From an uncultured Alphaproteobacteria bacterium (GTDB taxonomy: Bacteria; Pseudomonadota; Alphaproteobacteria; Rhizobiales; Xanthobacteraceae): a stretch of 64,000 nt of DNA. Location of the stretch: contig CAVRJW010000005.1 of assembly GCA_963722125.1 (NCBI GenBank), forward strand, positions 1,075,206 to 1,139,205, read 5' to 3'. How positions within the stretch are numbered: the stretch's first letter is position 1; the number at the start of each line of letters is the position of its first letter. The notes beneath the pieces are model-generated. The model was not told where the DNA came from. It did not search any database and saw only the letters and a program-made list of their open reading frames with translations. Made by a program: the position numbers and the translations under genes. Below, one piece after another: positions 58,143 through 64,000 of the stretch.

Positions 58143-59423
58143 ATGGTGTGGCTCAAGATCGGCTGCATCAATTTCGGCGGACCGGCCGGACAGATCGCGC
58201 TCATGCATCGCGTCGTGGTCGACGAAAAGAAATGGGTGGATGAGGCCCGTTTCCTCCACGCACTCAATTTCTGCATGCTCCTGCCGGGCCCCGAAGCGCA
58301 AAAACTCGCGACCTATCTCGGCTGGCTGCTGCACGGCGTTCGCGGAGGGTTGAGCGCCGGAATTCTCTTTGTTCTTCCGGGCGCCTTCGTCATGTTGGGC
58401 CTGAGCCTGCTTTATGCGCTCGGGCGCGGCGTCTCGGCCATTGATGGCGCATTGTTCGGCATCAAGGCCGCCGTGCTGGTCATCGTGGTTGAAGCGCTGA
58501 TCCGCATCGGCAAGCGCGCGCTTAAGACCACTCTTCTTCTTTCGCTGGCGGCCGCAGCATTTGTCGGCATTTTCTTTTTATCCCTTCCGTTTCCGCTGAT
58601 CGTCGCCGCAGCTGCCCTCATCGGCTATCTTGTCGCCCGCAAAGCCCCCAATCAGCTGGGATTAAGCCGAAAAGCCGAAAACGTGGCGGCACCGGCGGAA
58701 AATCGCTGGCGGCAGTTCATCATCGCGTCCGTGGTCGGCTTGATTGTGTGGTGGATACCGATCGCGCTTGCCGCCGTTGCGCTTGGCCCCACACATGTCC
58801 TCGTGAGCATCGGCGCTTTTTTCTCCAAACTTGCCGTCGTGAGTTTTGGCGGCGCCTATGCGCTGCTTGCTTATATGGCGCAACAGGCGGTGGAAACCTA
58901 CGGCTGGATGACGGCGCCAGAGATGGTTGACGGATTGGGACTTGCCGAAACGACGCCAGGTCCACTCATCCTCGTCACACAATTCGTCGGCTTTCTTGCC
59001 GCTTTTCGCGATGCAGCCCCTTTCTCGCCGATTACGGCTGGCGTGCTCGGCGCGGCAATGACGACATGGGTGACCTTCGTGCCGTCCATGCTTTGGATTT
59101 TTGCCGGCGCCCCGTTCGTCGATCCTCTACGAGCCAACCGGCAGCTTTCGGGAGCGCTCGCTGCGATTACCGCGGCCGTTGTCGGTGTGATCCTGAATCT
59201 ATCGGTGTGGTTCGCATTGCATGTGCTGTTCGGAAAAGTCACAGAAATGCACGCCGGGCCGTTACGCTGGTATGACTTTGACCCGCTGGCGCTCGATCTC
59301 CGCGCAGCTGCTTTGGCGGCGATTGCAGCGGTGCTGGCGTTCGGACTGCACCGCAGCCTGATCGAGGTCGTGGTCGCAATGGCTGCGCTCGGCGTAGCCG
59401 TGCAGTTGGCGCTCGGGAGCTAG
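58143..59423 (+). CDS. chrA: Chromate ion transporter ChrA
   Basis: Two CHR domains (FGGPAGQIALMHR..., SFGGAYALLAYM...). Conserved-looking residues (RPSFAEAF) lie in frame upstream of the first ATG, so the true start is unresolved. Confidence 0.88.
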   Translation: MVWLKIGCINFGGPAGQIALMHRVVVDEKKWVDEARFLHALNFCMLLPGPEAQKLATYLGWLLHGVRGGLSAGILFVLPGAFVMLGLSLLYALGRGVSAIDGALFGIKAAVLVIVVEALIRIGKRALKTTLLLSLAAAAFVGIFFLSLPFPLIVAAAALIGYLVARKAPNQLGLSRKAENVAAPAENRWRQFIIASVVGLIVWWIPIALAAVALGPTHVLVSIGAFFSKLAVVSFGGAYALLAYMAQQAVETYGWMTAPEMVDGLGLAETTPGPLILVTQFVGFLAAFRDAAPFSPITAGVLGAAMTTWVTFVPSMLWIFAGAPFVDPLRANRQLSGALAAITAAVVGVILNLSVWFALHVLFGKVTEMHAGPLRWYDFDPLALDLRAAALAAIAAVLAFGLHRSLIEVVVAMAALGVAVQLALGS

Positions 59424-60205
59424 CGTTCGCGCTCAATTGCGCTTTCGTGCCAGCGGCGCAGCACCAAATACGCAAACCCCGACAAAGCAAAAAAGATTGC
59501 AACACCGGCGAGCGACAACAGCAGCAAGGCCGCGAACATGCGTGGGACGTTGAGTCGATAACCGGACTCGGCAATACGGTAGGCCAAACCCGAGCCGGCT
59601 CCCGCAGAGCCCGCGGCAATTTCCGCAACCACCGCGCCGATCAACGACAAGCCCACCCGCGATGCGCAGCCCGGCGAGCATTTGCGGAAGCGCGGAAGGC
59701 AATTTCAGATTCCACAATACCTGCCAGCGCGACGCTTTGTAGAGCTCAAACAGCGCGAGCAGATTGTGATCGACCGAATTCAGCCCAAGCGTCGTATTGG
59801 CGAGGACCGGAAAGAACGCGACGATCCACGCACATGCCAGCACGGCCAGATGTTGCGGCAGATAAATCAGCAGCAGCGGCGCAACCGCGACGATCGGCGT
59901 CACCTGGAGAATGACCGCATAAGGGATAAAATGAATATTCGATGCGCCGCGACTGACTGAACAGGATCGCAAGGCCAATGCCGCCGATCGCTGCAAGCAA
60001 AAAACCTTCGAACGTCGTCTTCAGCGTAACCAGCAGCGAATTCCACAACAAGCTTCCATCGGAAATCAATGTGGCCAGAACCAAGCCGGGCCCCGGCAAG
60101 CACATAGGGTGGAATCGCGAACGCGCGCACTACCAGATGCCAAATGAGCACGCCGATTGCGAGGACCGCCAGCGGCAAAACAATGCGCAGGGTGCGATCT
60201 CTCAT
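59420..60205 (-). pseudogene. NitT/TauT-family ABC transporter permease broken by three frameshifts
   Basis: Four ORF fragments tile one permease. 59900-60253 gives MRDRTLRIVLPLAVL...IPPYVL. 59746-60105 gives PGPGLVLATLISDG...LFSQS. 59433-59996 gives PYAVILQVTPIVAVAPLL...LRIAGG. 59420-59656 gives LSLIGAVVAEIAAG...RRWHESA. Junctions are near 60091-60100, 59922-59945 and 59650-59662. Total length is 786 nt. Confidence 0.8.
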
Positions 60206-60969
60206 GGCGCGGCTTCCATAGCCTTGCCAAGCGCTTCTGCGACCTGGCGGCAAAAGGCTGCATAGTCAGGCGAAGTACGAAACCGCTCGTCGCGTGGATA
60301 CGGCGCGTCGATAGCAATCTCGGTAAATACGCGACCGGGTCTCGATGTCATCACCACGATGCGTTGCGACAAATAAACCGACTCGAATACCGAATGGGTG
60401 ACGAAGATCACCGTCCGCTGCAGCTCACGCCATACCGACAACAAATCGTTGTTGAGTTTGAACCGGGTGATTTCGTCGAGTGCAGCGAATGGCTCGTCCA
60501 TCAGCAGCAATTGCGGTTCGGTTACGAGTGCGCGTGCGATCGAGGCACGCATTTTCATGCCACCCGACAATTCGCGCGGATAAGCATTCGCAAATTCTGC
60601 AAGACCGACACGCGCAAGCGCTGGCATGACGGCCGCCTGCGATTGTGTTTCGTCTGCGTGGGCAAGTTTGAGCGGCAAGCGAACATTGGCGGCGACATCG
60701 GCCCAGGGCATCAATGTCGGCTCCTGAAATACAAAGCCGATGCGGCCGGCGCCATCCGGCCATTCGACCGTACCGGTCGACGCATCGCTCAGGCCTGCGA
60801 TGATGCGCAACGCGGTGGATTTGCCGCAACCGGACGGACCAAGCAGCGAGACGAATTCACCCTCGCCCACATCGAGATCAAAACCGGCGAGCGCAACCGT
60901 GCCACTGTCGAACGTCTTGCCGACGCCGCGCATTGCGACAATCGAATGCCTTATTGAAAGGCCGTTCAT
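60202..60969 (-). CDS. NitT/TauT-family ABC transporter ATP-binding protein
   Basis: Walker A GPSGCGKST, signature LSGGMKMR and Walker B LLLMDEPF. There are ATGA overlaps with both the upstream TetR gene and the downstream permease. Confidence 0.9.
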   Translation of the reverse strand: MNGLSIRHSIVAMRGVGKTFDSGTVALAGFDLDVGEGEFVSLLGPSGCGKSTALRIIAGLSDASTGTVEWPDGAGRIGFVFQEPTLMPWADVAANVRLPLKLAHADETQSQAAVMPALARVGLAEFANAYPRELSGGMKMRASIARALVTEPQLLLMDEPFAALDEITRFKLNNDLLSVWRELQRTVIFVTHSVFESVYLSQRIVVMTSRPGRVFTEIAIDAPYPRDERFRTSPDYAAFCRQVAEALGKAMEAAP

Positions 60970-61577
60970 GTTTCGATAGACCGCTTCGGCTTTTCGGTCG
61001 CACAATGTACCGCACGGACCATGAACTCTACAGCCGCTTCCCGATTTAATCCTCCCTCTTTCACGAGCGAGCGCCAAGTGTGAAAGCTGAGTGAAAGCCC
61101 AAGTGCGGCGTTTAGCTCACGGCTGAACCTCATCCCTTTGATGAGTGCGGCTTGAAAGGCTTCAATTCGCGTACCAATCCGCAGACGCACGATATCGTGG
61201 ATCAGCGGATCAACCTCAGCATCGCGCAAGACTCCGGCGGCAAGCTCAGCGTTGCGAGCATACCAGCCGTATAATTCTGTGAGACCGAGCCGCAACCGTT
61301 GTTTTTCATCGGCAATCTTGCGCCAAGTCTGCTCATCCGGCAGCGGGTCGCGCTCAAGCGCGTGACCAGAGCAGGCCAAAAATAACCCTCTTTCGGTCGG
61401 GAAATGCGCGTAAACGGTGTGCCTTTGGACTCCGGCCCGCTCCGCAATCGCGCTGATGCTTGCGCGCGCCGGGCCCACTTCGGCGTGCAGATCAATCGTC
61501 GCCTCGACAATGCGGCGGCGGGTATCGGCCTGATTTTCCGCCCGCCGGCTGAGCGTATAGCGGCGTTTTCGACTCAT
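60966..61577 (-). CDS. TetR/AcrR-family transcriptional regulator
   Basis: An N-terminal HTH (TRRRIVEATIDLHAEVGPARASISAIAERAGVQRHTVYAHF) and a helical C-terminal domain. Confidence 0.85.
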   Translation of the reverse strand: MSRKRRYTLSRRAENQADTRRRIVEATIDLHAEVGPARASISAIAERAGVQRHTVYAHFPTERGLFLACSGHALERDPLPDEQTWRKIADEKQRLRLGLTELYGWYARNAELAAGVLRDAEVDPLIHDIVRLRIGTRIEAFQAALIKGMRFSRELNAALGLSLSFHTWRSLVKEGGLNREAAVEFMVRAVHCATEKPKRSIET

Positions 61578-61688
61578 TGCACGATATTGTACTCCCATAT
61601 TGACAGGCGGCAACAAATTAATTACACACAACTGTGCATTCAATACAAAGCGGGCAAGGTCCGGCTTTGACAGATCCGGAGACGAAAA

Positions 61689-62000
61689 ATGAAGGCGTCG
61701 TCGTTGAGTTTCCCGGCCGCCGTTCTATTGGCAGTCGCAGGCATGGTGTGGGGAATTATCATGGCGATATCTGACGATCACTCGGCCATGCCCGCTCACG
61801 CACACCTCAATTTGCTTGGCTGGGTTTCGCTATTCTTGTTTGGGGTGTTTTACCACTTGCATCCGACAATCGACCGCACTCGCACCGCGCTCATCCAAGT
61901 CGGCACCTGGATCGGCGGCACCGTTATATTGACGGTCGGCGTTGGCTTGCTTCACACGGGCCATGAGTCGGCCGACCATTCGCAGCTGCTGGATCGTTGA
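61689..62000 (+). CDS. Small histidine-rich membrane protein, possibly C-terminally truncated by a frameshift
   Basis: Three hydrophobic helices with HSAMPAHAHLNLLGW and HLHP motifs. A further helix-like segment (AAAGSLITVIAMVLFGWLLV) continues in another frame from about 61973. Confidence 0.45.
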   Translation: MKASSLSFPAAVLLAVAGMVWGIIMAISDDHSAMPAHAHLNLLGWVSLFLFGVFYHLHPTIDRTRTALIQVGTWIGGTVILTVGVGLLHTGHESADHSQLLDR

Positions 62001-62114
62001 TCACAGTTATCGCAATGGTGTTATTTGGCTGGCTGTTGGTTCGGCGGGATCAGACGCAAGAACGTTTCATTCGTCAGCCGTTCCGGCAGAATAATAATCC
62101 CCTACAGCAAGCCG

Positions 62115-63111
62115 TCAGTTCTTCGGCCGCAGGTCGACGCCGACGCTTTTGTTGACGAACTGCAGCGTATAGGCACGCTTGTAGTCAACACTCGCTTTCA
62201 CGACACCGGCGTGCACCATCTTGTCGAAGAAACTCTTCCAGTGTGCGTCGGTCATGGCGCCAATACCCAGCTTCACCGAGTTCACCAGAATCGACGATGC
62301 CGTATTCCTTCATCTTCGCGATTGAATATGACAGCAACGCATCGGTCATTTCCGGGTTTTGTTTCTTGATCAGATCATTACCGGCCCGGCTATCGCCGTA
62401 GATGTAGTGATACCAACCGATCGCAGACGCATCGACGAAACGCTGCACCAGGTCGGGCCGCTTTTCCACCAGATCGCGGCGAGTTTCGATTAGCGTTGAA
62501 TATGCATCGAAGCCGACATCCGCGAGCAAAAACACCACCGGCTTGAACCCGGCCTGGCGTTCCACCGCGAACGGCTCCGACGTGACGTAGCCCTGCATCG
62601 CCGAATTCTTGTCGGCGAGAAATGGCTGCGCATTGAACGTGTATGGCTTCACCTTCGACTCATTGAAGCCGAAGTCTGATTTGAGCCACTGGAAATAGCT
62701 GGCCATGCCCTCCTTCGACACGAAGAGTGTTCGCGTCTTCAGATCGTCAAATTTTGTGACGTCCGGATGGGCGACGAAAACCTGCGGATCTTTCTGGAAG
62801 CTCGCCGCCACTGCGACAGTCGGAATATTTTGTTCGACCGCATCGAAGGATTGCAACGAATTGGCGCTCATGAAAAAATCGAGCTTGCCGACAGGCAGCA
62901 GAATGCGATTGTTCACATTCGGCCCGCCGGGCACGATGGTCACATCGAGGCCGTACTTTTTGTACGTGCCGTCCGCGAGCGCTTGATAGAAGCCGCCATG
63001 TTCCGCTTCCGCCACCCAATTGGTGCCGAAACGGACTTTGTCCAGCGGCTGGGCCTGCGCTGTCGCCAGCATTGCCCAAAAGCCCAATAAAATCGCGGTG
63101 AATTGCTTCAT
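62115..63111 (-). pseudogene. NMT1/THI5-like (NitT/TauT family) ABC substrate-binding protein, one frameshift near the C-terminus
   Basis: ORF 62185-63111 has a signal peptide and an SBP core. After ...YGIVDSG the sensible sequence (VKLGIGAMTDAHWKSFFDKMVHAGVV...RPKN-stop at 62115) lies in another frame. The span of 997 nt is 1 mod 3. Confidence 0.8.
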
Positions 63112-63243
63112 TTCAGCACTCTGTCACCGGCCAGACTGCCCCGGCAACAGCCTATGAGTAATGTTTGAACCTTTTCCAGAGTGGGCCCGACCAATCCATA
63201 TCGCGGCTGAAGGCCGCCCGAAATTAACCGGATGGAGACCGCC

Positions 63244-63504
63244 ATGACCAAATCCAAGATCACAGTAGCCACCCTGACCGCGCTCACACTGATCGGCACT
63301 CTCGCCGCTACCAGCGGCAGCGCGCAGGCCCATTCGCATTTAGGTTGGGGCATCGGCGCCGGCTTTGCCGCAGGCGCGCTGATCGGCGCAGCCGCAGCGT
63401 CTACCGGCCCCGTTTATGTGACGCCCGGCTATCGCGATTGCCGGCTTGTCGAGCGCTACGACCGCTGGGGCAATGTGCGCGTCATTCGGGTTTGCGACTA
63501 CTGA
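63244..63504 (+). CDS. Small secreted glycine-zipper-like protein
   Basis: Signal peptide MTKSKITVATLTALTLIGTLAATSGSAQA, a Gly/Ala-rich segment (GWGIGAGFAAGALIGAAAA) and a two-Cys C-terminus. Confidence 0.5.
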   Translation: MTKSKITVATLTALTLIGTLAATSGSAQAHSHLGWGIGAGFAAGALIGAAAASTGPVYVTPGYRDCRLVERYDRWGNVRVIRVCDY

Positions 63505-63557
63505 TTTCACCCGCTCAGATCGGCGCCTGCCCCGTCCAACCTTGCGTCGATCTAGAT

Positions 63558-63590
63558 GACCCGCCCGGCACGTCCCCGTCCGGGCGGGTC
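63558..63590. terminator. GC-rich hairpin between the convergent small-protein gene and the porin gene
   Basis: gacccgcccgg-cacgtccccgt-ccgggcgggtc (11-bp stem) followed by aactcttt. Confidence 0.7.
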
Positions 63591-63597
63591 AACTCTT

Positions 63598-64000
63598 TCA
63601 GAATCTGACGATCGAACGTACGCCCGTGACCTGCGCATCGGGATAGCGAACGCCCGTTCCGCTCGGATGCCAGATATATGTGTAAACCGGCTGCACGATC
63701 CATCCCGGCACAATCTGGGCGGCATATGTCAGCTCGAGATTGATCTCGTAATCGCGTGGCGGCGTGGCCAGATTGCCGAAGTTGATCTGGTCTTGATCGA
63801 AGGCGCGAACGCTGTCCGAAAAACGCGAATAGATCACGCTGGCGCCGAAACTGTCGTCCGGCCGCTTTGGAATCATCCCCGCAAAAACAATTCCGCCATC
63901 GATCTCAACGTTGACAAGATTACGATCCGATAGCGTGATCGCCGAGCGATTGAAAATGGAAATACCGCTGTTCGCATCACCGCCTTGCGGACGATAAAGT
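63598..64000 (-). CDS. OprB-family carbohydrate-selective porin, C-terminal part (5' end lies beyond the window)
   Basis: The frame is open to the window edge. The C-terminal beta-strand pattern ends ...YPDAQVTGVRSIVRF, with a terminal Phe. Confidence 0.7.
   Translation of the reverse strand, partial: LYRPQGGDANSGISIFNRSAITLSDRNLVNVEIDGGIVFAGMIPKRPDDSFGASVIYSRFSDSVRAFDQDQINFGNLATPPRDYEINLELTYAAQIVPGWIVQPVYTYIWHPSGTGVRYPDAQVTGVRSIVRF

Noticed and set aside
61578-61688. A candidate TetR operator in the divergent promoter region (the AATTAATT core and flanking tgcac / gtgca half-sites).
   Set aside because: The inverted symmetry is short and imperfect. I could not define a convincing palindrome by eye, so it is not reported as a feature.
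63112-63243. A possible TPP riboswitch upstream of the NMT1/THI5-like binding-protein gene.
   Set aside because: The CUGAGA and ACCUGAUCUGGAUAAUGCCAGCG-like boxes are absent from the minus-strand leader.
1-64000. A window-wide scan for tRNA, rRNA, CRISPR arrays, IS elements, transposases, integrases, phage genes, toxin-antitoxin pairs and known defence systems.
   Set aside because: None of the intergenic regions shows a cloverleaf-like tRNA layout or a regular repeat-spacer pattern, and no ORF translation shows transposase, integrase or defence-protein signatures. The window looks like core chromosome.

Overview
This is a roughly 60% GC chromosomal segment. Gene content and synteny look alphaproteobacterial (Hyphomicrobiales, Bradyrhizobium/Afipia/Rhodopseudomonas-like). 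All protein calls come from reading the supplied ORF translations and recognising family motifs from memory; no database search was run.

The window holds about 57 protein genes, mostly housekeeping or core metabolism:
- hrpB, ugd, polA, pckA, ahcY, lepA, mepA, map and radC.
- The conserved chvI-chvG-hprK-EIIA(Man)-HPr regulatory cluster.
- modABC.
- A 2-oxoacid dehydrogenase cluster.
- Two CPA1 antiporters.
- At the right end, a sulfur/chromate-flavoured block: a TauE/SafE exporter, a rhodanese-ChrB fusion, chrA and a TetR-controlled NitT/TauT-type ABC transporter.

I found no rRNA, tRNA, CRISPR array, IS element, integrase, prophage or recognisable defence island, and I do not see a convincing novel multi-gene system.

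Two signals stand out:
1. An ~84-nt structured leader that masks the Shine-Dalgarno sequence occurs twice at 87% identity. One copy precedes the TauE gene and the other precedes the rhodanese-ChrB gene. It is a candidate cis-regulatory RNA.
2. There is a striking set of single-nucleotide frameshifts: hrpB x3, polA, an EamA transporter, the ChrB-like gene, an ABC permease x3, its binding protein, and possibly chrA and a small membrane protein. They are confined to 0.9-5.3 kb and 54.7-62.3 kb. The 49 kb between them shows no frameshift I could detect. Nearly all have the same sign (one extra base). This points to consensus or base-calling error, but if real it would be very recent, clustered pseudogenisation that includes polA.

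Smaller oddities are listed in the findings.
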